Positions 48,036 through 59,948 of a stretch of DNA of 64,000 bases are shown here, one piece after another. Where the stretch lies: positions 352,001 to 416,000 of the forward strand of contig OY970325.1 in assembly GCA_963717145.1 (NCBI GenBank). Direction: 5' to 3'. Position numbers and translations under genes: made by a program. The notes beneath the pieces are model-generated. The model was given only the letters and a program-made list of their open reading frames with translations, did not search any database and was not told where the DNA came from. The stretch's first letter is position 1. Each line of letters begins with the position of its first letter. The DNA comes from an uncultured Armatimonadetes bacterium (GTDB taxonomy: Bacteria; Armatimonadota; UBA5829; DTJY01).

Positions 48036-50897
48036 CTAGCCCACCATCACCGACGCGATGCCGAATGCGGGGACCTTGACGATGAGCGTGTCGCCCTCCA
48101 TCTTGGCCTTCAACTTCGGGATCGGCTGCTCCATCAGATCGACCTGGCGTGCGGGCGTTCCGGGCGAGACCAGACCCGTGAGCTTGACCTTCGCCTCGGT
48201 GTCCTTGCCCTCGACCTCGTACACGCGGACGATCAGCGCATCGGAGTCCTCGGCCTTCTTGATCGAGGCCAGCATCACGTTCGGCGTCAAGACCTCCGCG
48301 AAGCCCTTGCTCGGCGGGAGCTTGCCCTTGTGGATGTCCGTGCTCGCCACGTTCATCGGCAGGTTGAACGCCGCGCCCTGCTTCGTCGCCGCCGAGACAG
48401 AGACCGGTCCGTCGTGCGGGATGATGGCCAGCCGGATCGTGTGGTCTCCGGTCTCCGGGATGGGATCGGGATCGAAGCTGGACCGGAGAAGCGTCAGTCT
48501 CAGCGTGTTCTCGTCCGCGTTGTGGCCGTACTTGTCCGCATTGACCATCGTGATTCCGCATGCGCCCTTCGCGCCGATGCGGTCGCCGGAGAGGTCCGCC
48601 CACTTGAGCGCCGGGACCTCTTGTCCATTCGAAGGCCGCTGGATGCTGCCGAACGGGATCTCGTAGGTCGCCTTGGGGTCCGATATCCTTGTCGGGAAGG
48701 CGATCCTGATCTGCGGAATGCCGGCCTCCGGGGTGCCGATCTCGACCCAGTGTACCTGGACGGTGAAGTCGATCATCGGACTGCCGGCATTGAGGCCGAC
48801 CTCCACGCTGACGGTTGAGTCTCCCACCTTGCGCTTCGTGACGACGGTCGCTCGATGCGGCCCTCGTTGGCCGACATTGAAGTCGCCGTCCTGAGAAAGG
48901 ATGTCGACCCTGTCGATCTTGCCGATCACCCATGAAGTCATGCCCTTGGACACCTCGTGGACGTGTTCGAGCACTCCGAGCAGTTGCCCATCGGGAACAA
49001 GGTCGTAGCCGGTGGCCTTGTCGATGAGGTGCTTGATCGCACCCGAGGGCGGGTCGATCTCGACGCTCACGAACTCGTTCTCCATCGTCACCGGTGCAGC
49101 GCCTGAACTGAACTGCTCGCCCTTCTGGGTCAACTTGACGCCTTCGGTCGCAACCGGCGTGGCGACTCGGTCGATGGTGTAGACCTTGTAGCCTGTCGCG
49201 GGGACCTCGGTTGCAGGGAAGGCCACCGTGATGAAGTTGTGCCCCCAGTAGCCGCCCTTGCCGACGACCTGGCCGGCGGTCGCTTTGCCCTTCTCGTCGC
49301 GAACGGCGATCCGGTCGTGGGGGAACTCCTTGTTCCAGACCTTGGCGCAGATGACTTCCGATCGCGGGAATCCGAGCTGGTTGAAGATGACAACCGGCTC
49401 GGCAGAGACCGCGCCGACCGCATATGCCGAAACACCGCCCGCGATGCCGGGGTCGCCCGCTCCTGCGCCCGCACTGTCTCCAAGAGATGATCCCAGGTTG
49501 CCCCTCGGTGGCTCGATCCCGGATGCCTTGCTCGTGTCGATCTGAGCCGCAAGCCGACGGAGCGCCCTGGTCCGGATCGCGCCCGCGATCGCCTGAGTCT
49601 CCTGGAAGAGGCCCTGCGCGTACTCGTAGGTCGCGTGCACGCCCGAGCCGGGGAGGATGTCGTGGAACTGGTTGAACATCGCCATCCGCCAGCCCTTGCG
49701 GATCTGGTCCATGGGGTAGGGGAATCCGGCCGCCGCGCCCGCCACCAGGGAGATCGCCTCGACCTCCGGCAGGATGTTCTCGCTCACGCGGTTCGCGCGC
49801 TTGATGTTGCTCTGCGATGTGTAGCAGCCCTCGAAGACGTAGTTCAGCTCGCCGTCGACGACGGGCATGCTCCTCGGCCTTCTCGACGATCGAGAAGAAG
49901 TCGTCTGTCGTGGAGAGCTTGACTGCGGGAAGATCGGCCACGTATTCAGCTCGATCGCCTTCATGAGGTCGCGCCGAGTCGGTCCGCCGCCGTGGTCGCC
50001 GACGCCGTACATGATACATCAAGTCCTTCAGGCCGGTCTCCTTGACGTAATCGACCATCCACTGCGCCATCCACGCGTCGATCTGGCCGTTGTAGCCGCG
50101 CTTGTCGCGGTATCCGAGCACCTTCGAGCCGTCGGGCGCCTTCCACCAGAAGAGCCACTTCTCCGGGCCCGTGCGGTGGAAGTAGTAGCGGCGTGACGCC
50201 GCCGCGATTGAGGATGCCGGGGAGCGTGTGCGCGTGGCCGAAGGTGTCGCACTCCCAGTCGATCTTGATCGCGTCGTACGGCAGGCCGAAGCTTCTCGTT
50301 GAAGTAGCGGCGGGTGTAGAGCATGTGCCGGCAGAGGATCTCGCCGGACGCGAGGTTCTTGTCGCCCTCGACCCACATGCTCGCGGTCAGCTCCCAGCGT
50401 CCCTCGGCGATGCGCTTCTTGATCGCCTCGAAGATCTCCGGGCAGAACTCCTCCATGCCGATGTACGTCGACGCCTGGCTCTGGGAGAAGTGGAACTCCG
50501 GGAACTCGTCCATCAGCCGGTCGACGGTCGGGAAGGTGTCGTGGGTGACGCTGACCGTCTCCTGCCAGGGCCACATCCAGTTCATGTCGATGTGCGCGTG
50601 CCCGCAGCAGTGGATGGTGTACTCCTTCGCGGCCTCACCGATCGGCGCGAGGATGAGTTCGGCCTCAGAGATCACGGCGGTAAGATCGATCGCCCCCGAG
50701 GCGCTCAGCCTGTCCTTGACGACCCCGGCGGCCTTCAGGATCAGTCTCTGCCACTTGTGAGTCTTGTCCGGGAAGAGATCGGCGAATTTCGCCGCGAAGT
50801 CGATCTCCGAGCGGATGCGTTGCACCATCGGCGATGCGCCGGTCGGAGTCTCGGCGATGCCTCGAAGCGTGCTGTCCAGCGGTTCTGCAAAATCCAT
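48036..50897 (-). CDS. GH38 alpha-mannosidase with several frameshifts at about 49880-50300
   Basis: HAHIDMNWMW, FGH, YGVGDHGGG, NQFHDILPG, LRLTLLRS. Confidence 0.9.
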
Positions 50898-51098
50898 AAC
50901 AGGTCCCTCTCAAATTCGAGTTGTGTTAGTTACCGGATAGACTATTGGTGAATGGGTGGTGGTATTCCTTCGCGGGAAGAGGGGCATTGTCCGCAGGTAC
51001 GAATCGGGCTGATGATGAACAGAATGTTACCTTTGCCCACTCCGGTTGCACTAACCATATGAAGATCGATCCCGGTCACGTCGGTGAGGAGCAATCCT

Positions 51099-51671
51099 AT
51101 GCAATCACAACTCGATTCGGCCCGAAGGTGCAGGTCGAACGCCGAGGACATCTGCCTGATAGCGAAGTTTCTCGACGGGAGCGAGTCTGCCTTCGAGGAG
51201 CTGTTCCGCAAGTACCAGGGCAGGCTGCTCTCGATCTGCAGGCACTTCCTCTGTAATGATACCGACGCCGAGGACGCGGTCCAAGATGCGTTCTTGAGCA
51301 TCTACCACGGCTTGGCGCGTTTCAGAGGTGATTCCAGCTTCTACACCTGGGCCTACGGTATCGCGGTCCGAAGCTGCATCTCGCACCGGCGAAGGCATCG
51401 GCCTGCGACCGAGCCGCTCGACGACGTGCCCGAGGCTGCGGACTGCCGAGTGGGTGACGACATCGACCGCATCATCGTGCAGCAGGCCGTCTCGAAGATG
51501 CCTGAACAGTATCGGATCGTCCTCATCCTGAAGTACTACGAGCAACTCTCGATGGAGGAGATCGCTGCTATCCTCGGCTGCTCGGCTGATCGGATCAAGA
51601 TGCGGCTCCACCGCGCACGGAATGCCCTCAGGGGCGTCCTCGACCTCGATATGGGAGGCGACCGAAGATGA
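51099..51671 (+). CDS. ECF RNA polymerase sigma factor
   Basis: DAEDAVQDAF, FYTWAYGI, EEIAAILG, RLHRAR. Confidence 0.93.
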   Translation: MQSQLDSARRCRSNAEDICLIAKFLDGSESAFEELFRKYQGRLLSICRHFLCNDTDAEDAVQDAFLSIYHGLARFRGDSSFYTWAYGIAVRSCISHRRRHRPATEPLDDVPEAADCRVGDDIDRIIVQQAVSKMPEQYRIVLILKYYEQLSMEEIAAILGCSADRIKMRLHRARNALRGVLDLDMGGDRR

Positions 51672-53805
51672 ACTGCAAGCAAGTGACTAATCTGCTTTCT
51701 CAATACATGGATGGGGATCTCTCTCCACGCGATGCTTCTCAGGTGCAGGCGCACATCCTCGCATGCCGGTGCTGCGCAGATGCCCTGGAGAAGCTGACGA
51801 AGGCCGTCGAGACTCTTGACGCCATGCGGAGGGACGAGCCGGAGGTCGATCTCTACAACGCGTTCCGAAGCCGACTGGCGCAAAGCTCCCGCAAGCGCCG
51901 GCCAGCTATTGCCCTCCCGGCGATCCGTAGATGGGCGGTTGCAGGGATGGCGCTCATGCTCATTCTCGGCGGGAGTCTGATCGGTTCGTGGCTCAAGCGG
52001 CCTCAGGTGCTCTACGTCTCGCATGCCCGATCGGCGGGGTACTCCGCTTACTCCTCGATCGCCATCGCGGCCGATATGGCTCAGAACCGCTGGGACGTGG
52101 ACGCGCCGTTGGTTGCTGATACCAGGCTCCAAGCGAGGATCGATGTAAGGGCGCGTGGCGAAATGCTCGGCAAGGTGCTCAGTGTGATCAGCGACCGGTC
52201 CGGGGTGGAGATCGGGGCCGCGCCTGACGTGGCTTCCCAACGCGTCTACTTGCGCCTCGATGATGTTCAGATTGCCGAAGCGTTGGCGAAGATCCGCCGC
52301 CTGCTCGATCTCGACTGGAAGGTGACCGGAACCGGATCCGGGCGCAGCTACCAGCTCATCTGCACCGAGCACGTGAGGAGGATGTCGTCTGCGGTGGCCG
52401 AGGCCCAGGCATTCTCCCAGGCCGAGGAAACCCTGCGGAGGATCAAGCAGGCCATCGAACTTCGCGATCCCGGCCTGATTGAGAAGCTGCCGTTCAACGG
52501 CGCCTACTCCGTCAGCTCAGACATCCGAAAGCTGCGGACGGATCCGACCACAAGATCGATCCTCAGTCCGCTCCGTATTTCCTCATCGACGACGAGGTCA
52601 TCTCGACATTGATGGCCGGTCAGCAGTATGTGAGGCAGTATGGTCGCATGACGGAAGCGCAGAAGGCCCTCTTCCTGCGCTGGTTATATCAGGAAGAGCG
52701 TAAGCCTGATGCGAAGGCAAAGCTGATCATCCGTCTTGCAGACCTGGATGACGGCTCAATCAACCTGCAGTTCGAGAACGATTGGGGTTACGGTGTCTCC
52801 ACGACAGGCACGAGCGTGTTCAGTCCAACGATCGCCAACCGCAACACCAACAGGCTGACGGCTGCCCACGTGGATGAGGTCTATCGGACCGCACGGGAGT
52901 CTAGCGGGATGTACGACGATCCGCGGCTCAATGTGAACCTGGGAAATGGCGTCTACGGCGACAATACGCTCTTTCGGCACAAGCCGACGTACACACTCAT
53001 GGAGATGCTCGATCTGATCACCGAGCGCACGAACCTGTCGATCCTGTCAGACTACTACACCATCCAGGAGCAGGATAACCGCATGCTTCCGAGGGAGCTT
53101 ACCCTCGGCGAACTTCTGGCGCTGCTGGACCACGACTTCAACATCGCGTGGGACCTCTCGCCGGACAACACGCTCCGCCTGGTACACAGGCAGTGGCCTC
53201 TCCTCCGTGAGTCCGAGCCGGACTGGGGTATCGTGGCGGAACTGAAGTCCTCACTTCGCTCGACCGGTAAGTTCACCATGTCGCAGTTGATCAGGCTGAC
53301 AGGGCTCAGTAAGCTGCGACTCAACGGCACAATGTCGGCGGTCGGCGATGCGGGTATCAAGGGCAATGCGATCGGCCTGGTCGAGAACATGCGGGAGGAA
53401 CTCAAGGCGTACGCGTGCCTGTCGCCGGATCAGATCCTTTCCCTAGAGTCCTCCGCCGGTCTGTCGAGCGCTACGCTCAACCGGGAGCAGAAGCGCCTGC
53501 TCTGTCTGGCCGCGCACGAGATCCTGTACGGGTGCAGTTCGAACTACACAGCGGCGGATATGGAGAAGGAGTTCATGGTGCGCCTGATCCGGAAGCGGTG
53601 TGCCGGCACGGAGGTTGAGAGGATCGTCGGCGCCAGATTGTTCATGCCGGGTGGGGGAATCATGGTTGGCGGGAAGCAATTCAAGTTCTGGACCGACAAC
53701 AGCGCCGATTCGAGCAACTCGAAGACCGTCAAGGACTACGTGGTGATGAAGTTCACCGGAGATTACGACTGTGCCGCGGCGTTCAGCATGCCGGAGGCAC
53801 ACTGA
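51668..53805 (+). CDS. zf-HC2 anti-sigma factor with TM and large STN-like extracytoplasmic region; frameshift at about 52565
   Basis: MNC....LLS.Y.DG.L...HILACRCC; TM helix; downstream frame continues SAPYFLIDDEVISTLMAG. Confidence 0.75.
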
Positions 53806-53897
53806 CCGGCCTAGCGTTGACGGCCCGCCGCTCGTCTGCTATCATCAGGGCGAGCCTCTCAGCATTCAAACTGAGGCTGCGCGAAAGAGGAGCCGCC

Positions 53898-54902
53898 ATG
53901 TCCGGATCCCGGTTCTATCACATCTCTCCGCAGGGACAACTCGATCGTGTCTCCGCCCTGGCTGATGCGCTCGAGGCGGTCAAGACCGGGGGGTACATAT
54001 GGCTGGATTACTGCGAGCCGACGAAGGCGGAGCTTTCGGTTCTCATCGAACCCCTGGGCCTCCATCCGCTCTCCATCGAGGATTGTGTCGATCAGAACGA
54101 GGTCCCCAAGATCGAGGATTTCCCGGGAAACGTCTTCATCATCTTCAATTCTTTCAGCTATGCCGACACGGAACTCTCGATCGATGAGGTGGACCTGTTC
54201 CTCGGCAAGGACTTCCTCGTCACCGTGAGCGGATTCTGCGCGGAGGGGCGACGGCCTCTGCAGGGAATCGAGCAGATCATCGAGACCCATCCGGAAAGCG
54301 TTGCGGATGGGCCGGCCTTCCTGATGCACGTGATCCTTGACCGCATCGTCGATGAGAAGTTCGTCGCGATCGAAGCGCTCGAGGACGACATGGACAAGGC
54401 GGAGGAGGCGCTGTTGGCCGCCCCGGCCGATTTCAGTCCGCAGGAGATTCTCCGCCTGCGCCGCGATCTACTGGCGCTTCGAAAGAGTCTCTTCCACGAG
54501 CGAGAGATCCTCGTGAAGATCTCCCGCAAGGATTTCCCGTTCATTTCGGACAAGGCGATATTCCACTACCGGGACATCTATGACCACCTCGCCAGGTCGT
54601 TCGAGTTGGCCGAAACCTACAGAGACATCCTGACCAGCCTCATGGAGCTGTATGCCTCGATGCTGAACAACCTCATGGCGAAGAGCGCGAACGAGATGAA
54701 CTCCACCGTCAGGCGGCTGACGTTCATCACGACTGTCTTCATGCCCCTCACGCTTCTCGCCAGCATCGGCGGGATGTCGGAGTGGACGATGATGACCGGG
54801 CCTCACAACTGGAAGGTCGCGTATTCCGTGTTCATACTGGCGATGGCTGTCATAGGAGTCGTGAACTACTACCTGCTAAGGCGGATCGAAAGGCCGCGCT
54901 GA
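53898..54902 (+). CDS. corA: CorA-family Mg2+/Co2+ transporter
   Basis: LGLHPLSIED, RDIYDH, VFMPLT, GMS in place of the canonical GMN. Confidence 0.85.
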   Translation: MSGSRFYHISPQGQLDRVSALADALEAVKTGGYIWLDYCEPTKAELSVLIEPLGLHPLSIEDCVDQNEVPKIEDFPGNVFIIFNSFSYADTELSIDEVDLFLGKDFLVTVSGFCAEGRRPLQGIEQIIETHPESVADGPAFLMHVILDRIVDEKFVAIEALEDDMDKAEEALLAAPADFSPQEILRLRRDLLALRKSLFHEREILVKISRKDFPFISDKAIFHYRDIYDHLARSFELAETYRDILTSLMELYASMLNNLMAKSANEMNSTVRRLTFITTVFMPLTLLASIGGMSEWTMMTGPHNWKVAYSVFILAMAVIGVVNYYLLRRIERPR

Positions 54903-54929
54903 AACCACCAAGCTGGAGGGAGCACCGAT

Positions 54930-56993
54930 ATGCATATCCGATCTGCGACACTTATCATAGTCATCTGCGCGACGCTGATCTTGATCCGAACCGCAGAGTG
55001 CGCCAACCTGGGTCTGGACGGAGAACGGGAGTTTGCCAAGTTCGATGAGTCAACCGGACGCCTCATCGAACTCGGGGCAGGGCCGGAGGTTCCGATCGCA
55101 GAGTCGGGTGGAGGATTCAGCGCCTACGACTTCAAAGCCAAGCGCGAGATCCCGTTCACCCCGCGAGTGCCGACGAGGTCAGGTGAGGTGATCTCATCGG
55201 TCTGGTCGGGCGAGGACCTGTCGTGCGAGATCGAATACAAGCTCGTCGGCTCGGCCGTGATGGTCACCGGCAAGCTGAAGAACTCCCTTCCGATGAATCG
55301 CGCGGTCGTGCTCTCATACACGATCCCGCTCACCGGCGAGAAGCTGATGTTCTCTCCATCCCTGAACGAGACCGTCGCCATCGGACCGGGGGTCTCCGGG
55401 GAGGGATCGGTGTATCCGATCGCGGCGATGTGGGGGAAAGGGCCGGGAGTCGCGTTGGCGATCCCGCCGACCACGCCATGCATGTTCAAGATGACCGGCT
55501 CGACGGAGGGACTCACGCTCCGCATGTACCTCGGGCTCTCACCATATACCAATCCGGCGGGAATGGCGTCGTTCTCCTTCATGATCTATATGTCCAACCC
55601 GCAGTGGGGCTTCCGCGACGCACTCCAGCGATACTACGACATGTTTCCCGACCACTATCGACATCACGGGAAGGGCGACGGCCTCTGGATGTTCCAGACC
55701 TCCGGCCCGCCGAACCTCGGTGACTTCCTGTACGACGAGACGTCGATGAGTGCGAAGTACTCCGAGACCCTGGAGCGCGATCACAAGAACGGCCAGCTCA
55801 CGTTCCCCTACATGATCGTCGGCCAGCGCGAGATCAAGGGCCTCGACGGATTGCCCAAGACATACGAGGAGGCGATGGCCGCCTACGATGCGTGGAGTCC
55901 GCCGAAGACTGCTCTTGATGTGAAGGAGGCGCTCGCGGCAGGTGGGGATGTCTTCCTCAAGCAGGAAGTGGAAAGTTCGGCACTCAAGGAACTGGACCGC
56001 AGGTACAACATCCAGATCCGCAACACCGACTGGGGCGGCGATTCAGTGACGTTCGTGATGAACCCCGATCCCGACCTCTTCGAGGGAATGGGCATGCACA
56101 CCACCGGCGGCGATGCGATGAAGCGAATCCATGAGCGGCTGAAGGAGTACCCCGCGACCGACGGCATCTACATCGACTCGCTCGGCTCGAACTGGTGCGC
56201 GAAGTTGAACTACCGGCGGGATCATTTCCGATTCGCCGATCAGCCGCTGACCTTCGATAAGGATGGAAACGTCTGCCTGCACAACCAGATTTCGCACTAC
56301 GAGTTTCTGCAGCCGCTCAGGGACGAACTCCACCGCGATGGGAAGCTTCTCTTCGCGAACGGTGTCTACAATTACTTGTCGAAGGAGATCGAATACGCCG
56401 ACGTGAAGGACACGGGGCGTTTCTTCCTCGCAGCGCTGGTCGATGTCGCCGGCGCGGAGTCGAGCACTCCGTCGCAGGACCGCTGGGAGTTCTACCGCGC
56501 GGCGATGTTTCAGAAGCCATACCTCGTCCTCAAGTACCATTGGGAGAACGCCGAGAATGTGCAAGAGGTCTTCAACCAGGCGGTCTGCTATGGGGTCTTC
56601 GTCACATGCTCCAACGGCCTGGGGAAGGTTTACTGGACCGACCCGAACGGTTTCCCGAGGGACACAACACTCTATGAGTGGTACGTCCCCCTCGTCCGAA
56701 CGCTCTCCAAGGCGGGATGGGAGCCGGTTACCTGGGCCTCGTCGCCAACGGAGGGCCTCCGCTTCGAGCGATATGGCAGCGGGGACGAGGTCTACTTCAC
56801 GATGTACAACCCCGGCCCGGAACAGGAATGCGCGCTCCACATCGACGCCGGATCGCTCCGACTCCCGAAGGACGCGAAGGTCGAGCAGATCTCGGGCGCT
56901 GGGTTCGTCTCAGCGGAAGCCACCGGCACCCGGCTCACCGTCCGCACGAAGATAGCATCGAAGCGCACAGCGGTGATCCGGGTCTCATCGTAA
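54930..56993 (+). CDS. Secreted hypothetical protein, possibly a glycoside hydrolase
   Basis: Signal peptide; DGIYIDS, WGFRDAL, AGWEPVT. Confidence 0.55.
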   Translation: MHIRSATLIIVICATLILIRTAECANLGLDGEREFAKFDESTGRLIELGAGPEVPIAESGGGFSAYDFKAKREIPFTPRVPTRSGEVISSVWSGEDLSCEIEYKLVGSAVMVTGKLKNSLPMNRAVVLSYTIPLTGEKLMFSPSLNETVAIGPGVSGEGSVYPIAAMWGKGPGVALAIPPTTPCMFKMTGSTEGLTLRMYLGLSPYTNPAGMASFSFMIYMSNPQWGFRDALQRYYDMFPDHYRHHGKGDGLWMFQTSGPPNLGDFLYDETSMSAKYSETLERDHKNGQLTFPYMIVGQREIKGLDGLPKTYEEAMAAYDAWSPPKTALDVKEALAAGGDVFLKQEVESSALKELDRRYNIQIRNTDWGGDSVTFVMNPDPDLFEGMGMHTTGGDAMKRIHERLKEYPATDGIYIDSLGSNWCAKLNYRRDHFRFADQPLTFDKDGNVCLHNQISHYEFLQPLRDELHRDGKLLFANGVYNYLSKEIEYADVKDTGRFFLAALVDVAGAESSTPSQDRWEFYRAAMFQKPYLVLKYHWENAENVQEVFNQAVCYGVFVTCSNGLGKVYWTDPNGFPRDTTLYEWYVPLVRTLSKAGWEPVTWASSPTEGLRFERYGSGDEVYFTMYNPGPEQECALHIDAGSLRLPKDAKVEQISGAGFVSAEATGTRLTVRTKIASKRTAVIRVSS

Positions 56994-57011
56994 ACAATGA
57001 GCCTGGCGCGG

Positions 57012-57071
57012 CCAAAGCATGCTGAAGCAAGCTGCGGACCCCAATCCCCAGCTTGCTTCAGCATGCTTTGT
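57012..57071. terminator. Palindrome between convergent genes (family also seen at about 45706-45770)
   Basis: caaagcatgctgaagcaagctg / cagcttgcttcagcatgctttg. Confidence 0.7.
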
Positions 57072-57076
57072 GACGA

Positions 57077-58642
57077 TTAGCATGGGGGTTTGAACCCCAT
57101 GCCGCCGAGCGTCCGTCGCACCGCATCTTCCCATCCGGCATAGAGTGCATCGGCTTCCGCCCGAGTGATCGTTGGGGAGAAGATGCGGTCCTCCTGCCAG
57201 CAGGCGCGGATCTCGTCGGCGTCCGTCCAGTATCCGACCGCCAGGCCCGCGAGATACGCTGCCCCGAGTGAGGTCGTTTCTATCGTCCTTGGGCGGACGA
57301 CTTCGACCCCGAGAATGTCCGCCTGGAACTGGCAGAGGAAGTCGTTCGCCACCGCACCACCATCGACCTTCAGGCTCGGGATCGCGAGGCAGGAATCCTT
57401 CTGCATCGCCTCCAATACGTCGCGGGTCTGGTAGCACATCGCCTCCAGGGCGGCCCGGACGAGGTGCGCGGAGGTCGTGCCGCGTGTCAGGCCGAAGATC
57501 GCCCCGCGCGCGTCCTGGTCCCAGTAAGGCGCTCCGAGACCGGTCAACGCCGGGACGAAGTACACCCCCGCGTTGTCCGGGAGTGACGCCGCCATCCGCT
57601 CGGATTCCTGCGCCGACGGGAGGATGCCGAGTCCGTCCCTCAGCCACTGGATCGCCGCGCCTGCCACGAACACGGCTCCTTCCAAAGCGTAGACCGGCTC
57701 TCCTTTCGACCCGCAAGCGATGGTGACGATCAGCCCGTGCTCGGAGCGGGGGCGAATCTTCCCGGCGTTCATCAGGATGAAGCTGCCCGTGCCGTAGGTG
57801 TTCTTGATCGTCCCCGGCTCGAAGCATGCCTGGCCGAAGAGCGCGGCCTGCTGGTCGCCCGCGATCCCGCTGATCGGTATCCCCGCCGGAATCCCAATCC
57901 CCCCCTTGCCGCCACAGATGTCCCCCTTACGAAGGGGGACCGGCCTCTGGGCCGAGGGGGTTAAGTCCGCCGTATACCCGATGACGCCGGACGAGGGCCG
58001 GACCACCGGGAGCATGGACACGGGAATCCCGAAGCGCCCGAGGATCTCCTCGTCCCAGCAAAGTGTGTCGATATTGAAGAGCATCGTTCGCGAGGCATTG
58101 GTGAAGTCGGTCGCATGGACCTGCCCACCTGTGAGCTTCCAGAGGACCCACGAGTCCGTCGTCCCGAAGAGCAGCCGCCCCGCATCGGCCTTTTCCCGCG
58201 CACCGGGGACATTGCGGAGGATCCATTCGATCTTCGTCGCCGAGAAGTAGGCATCGACCGGGAGGCCGGTTCGCTCGCGGATCGAGTCGGTGAGGGCCGG
58301 AGTGCGGTTCAGCTCGTCACATCGCTCGGCGGTCCGGCGGCACTGCCACACAATCGCGTTGGAAACCGGCTCACCGGTCTCCCGGTCCCAGACAACGGTT
58401 GTCTCCCGCTGGTTGGTGATCCCGATCGCCGCGATGGATGAGGGCGGGACCTGTGCGAGGACCTCCATCACCGTGGAGTGAACGCTCCGCCAGATCTCCT
58501 CCGGGTCATGCTCGACCCATCCGGGCCTGGGGAAGTGCTGGGTGAACTCCTGGTACGCGGCGGCGACCTGCATCCCCTGCCTGTCGTACACGATCGCCCG
58601 GCTCCCGGTCGTCCCCTGGTCTATCGCGAGGATGTATTCCAT
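57077..58642 (-). CDS. glpK: Glycerol kinase with an in-frame palindrome insertion
   Basis: [41 protein letters not shown]. Confidence 0.97.
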   Translation of the reverse strand: MEYILAIDQGTTGSRAIVYDRQGMQVAAAYQEFTQHFPRPGWVEHDPEEIWRSVHSTVMEVLAQVPPSSIAAIGITNQRETTVVWDRETGEPVSNAIVWQCRRTAERCDELNRTPALTDSIRERTGLPVDAYFSATKIEWILRNVPGAREKADAGRLLFGTTDSWVLWKLTGGQVHATDFTNASRTMLFNIDTLCWDEEILGRFGIPVSMLPVVRPSSGVIGYTADLTPSAQRPVPLRKGDICGGKGGIGIPAGIPISGIAGDQQAALFGQACFEPGTIKNTYGTGSFILMNAGKIRPRSEHGLIVTIACGSKGEPVYALEGAVFVAGAAIQWLRDGLGILPSAQESERMAASLPDNAGVYFVPALTGLGAPYWDQDARGAIFGLTRGTTSAHLVRAALEAMCYQTRDVLEAMQKDSCLAIPSLKVDGGAVANDFLCQFQADILGVEVVRPRTIETTSLGAAYLAGLAVGYWTDADEIRACWQEDRIFSPTITRAEADALYAGWEDAVRRTLGGMGFKPPC

Positions 58643-58643
58643 G

Positions 58644-59036
58644 TCATTCCTCGAGCCAATGCCCTGGAAGCAGTTCCCGCAGGGGAACGACGACTTCCTC
58701 CGACATGATCACCATGCAATCCAGGTTGCGGATATCCAACTGAGCCATGGTCTCCCTGCACCGTCCGCAAGGTGGCAGGACTCCGCCACGTTTCACTGCC
58801 ACCGCGTCGACGATGTGGGTCTCGCCATTCTTGATCATCTCTGCCATTGCCGCAACTTCCGCGCAGAATCCGAGGCCGCATGCCAGGTCAATGCAGACCC
58901 CGGTGTAGATGTTGCCGGCCACAGTGCGGATGGCAGCACCTACTCCGCCGGCGGAGAAATCCTTTCTGAGCGGGATATCCCTGCAGACAGCCGTCGCCGC
59001 CTGAATCAACTCGTTCCGCGATTTCGCATTCCGCAT
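58644..59036 (-). CDS. Cytidine deaminase-like protein
   Basis: VGAA, CAE, PCGRCRE. Confidence 0.85.
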   Translation of the reverse strand: MRNAKSRNELIQAATAVCRDIPLRKDFSAGGVGAAIRTVAGNIYTGVCIDLACGLGFCAEVAAMAEMIKNGETHIVDAVAVKRGGVLPPCGRCRETMAQLDIRNLDCMVIMSEEVVVPLRELLPGHWLEE

Positions 59037-59042
59037 TCCACA

Positions 59043-59948
59043 TTACCCCTTGATCCCGCTCAGCTTGATGCCCTCGACGAAGTAGCGCTGGTTGAAGATG
59101 AAGAGCAGCAGGACGGGGATCAGCGCGATCATCGAGCCGGCCATGAGCTGCGTGTAGTTCGTCGCGTGCTGGCCGACGAAGTACCGCAGGCCGATCGGGA
59201 GAGTGCGCAGCGCCTCGGTGACGGTCACGATCAGCGGCCACATGTAACTCCCCCAGAAGCCCATGAACGTGAACGTCGTCAGCGTCGCGAGCGCGGGCTT
59301 GCTGAGCGGGAGGATCACCCTCGCGAAGATGCCGATGTAGCCCGAGCCGTCGATCTTCGCGGCGTCCTCGAGTTCCGACGGCAGGCCCATGAAGAACTGC
59401 CGGAGCATGAACGTGCCGTACGCGCTGAACAGGCCGGGGATGATCAGCGCCTGATAGGTGTTGATCCAGCCCAGACTGCTTCATGATCACGAACACGGGG
59501 ATCATCGTCACCGAGCCGGGGATCATCATCGTCGCGAGGTAGGCGAAGAAGAGCTTGTCGCGGCCGGGGAACTGCAGCCGGGCGAAGGCGAAGGCCGCCA
59601 TCGAGCTGGTCAGCACCTGGCCGAATGTGCCCACGATCGCCACGAATATGCTCGACAGATACAGGCGCGGGAAGCTGATCTCCTTCCAGGCGTCCGGGTA
59701 GTTGCCCCACCACGCGCGGATCGACTGGCCGCCGATGACCGTGTCCTGCCAGAAGAGATGCTCCGGGAGCAGGTTGATCCCGCCGCCGGGCGCGAAGACC
59801 TCGTTCGGCTGCTTGATCGACGTGCTGATCATCCACAGGAACGGCACGAGCATGCTGACCGCCCCGATGCTCAGGATGGTACAGGCCGATACGAGCCGAC
59901 TAGGCCGGTTCTGTTCCGAATCGGATTCGGATTCGAATTCCTAGTCAT
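59043..59948 (-). CDS. Carbohydrate ABC transporter permease (frameshifted)
   Basis: AFAFARLQFPGR, LEDAAKIDG, NQRYFVEGI. Confidence 0.85.

Noticed and set aside
47995-50574. 859-aa ORF and other long alternative-frame or antisense ORFs (e.g. 30787-32373, 12471-13919)
   Set aside because: Shadow frames of GC-rich genes, Arg/Gly/Pro-rich with no motifs; only a short stretch of the 859-aa ORF carries real mannosidase sequence because of frameshifts
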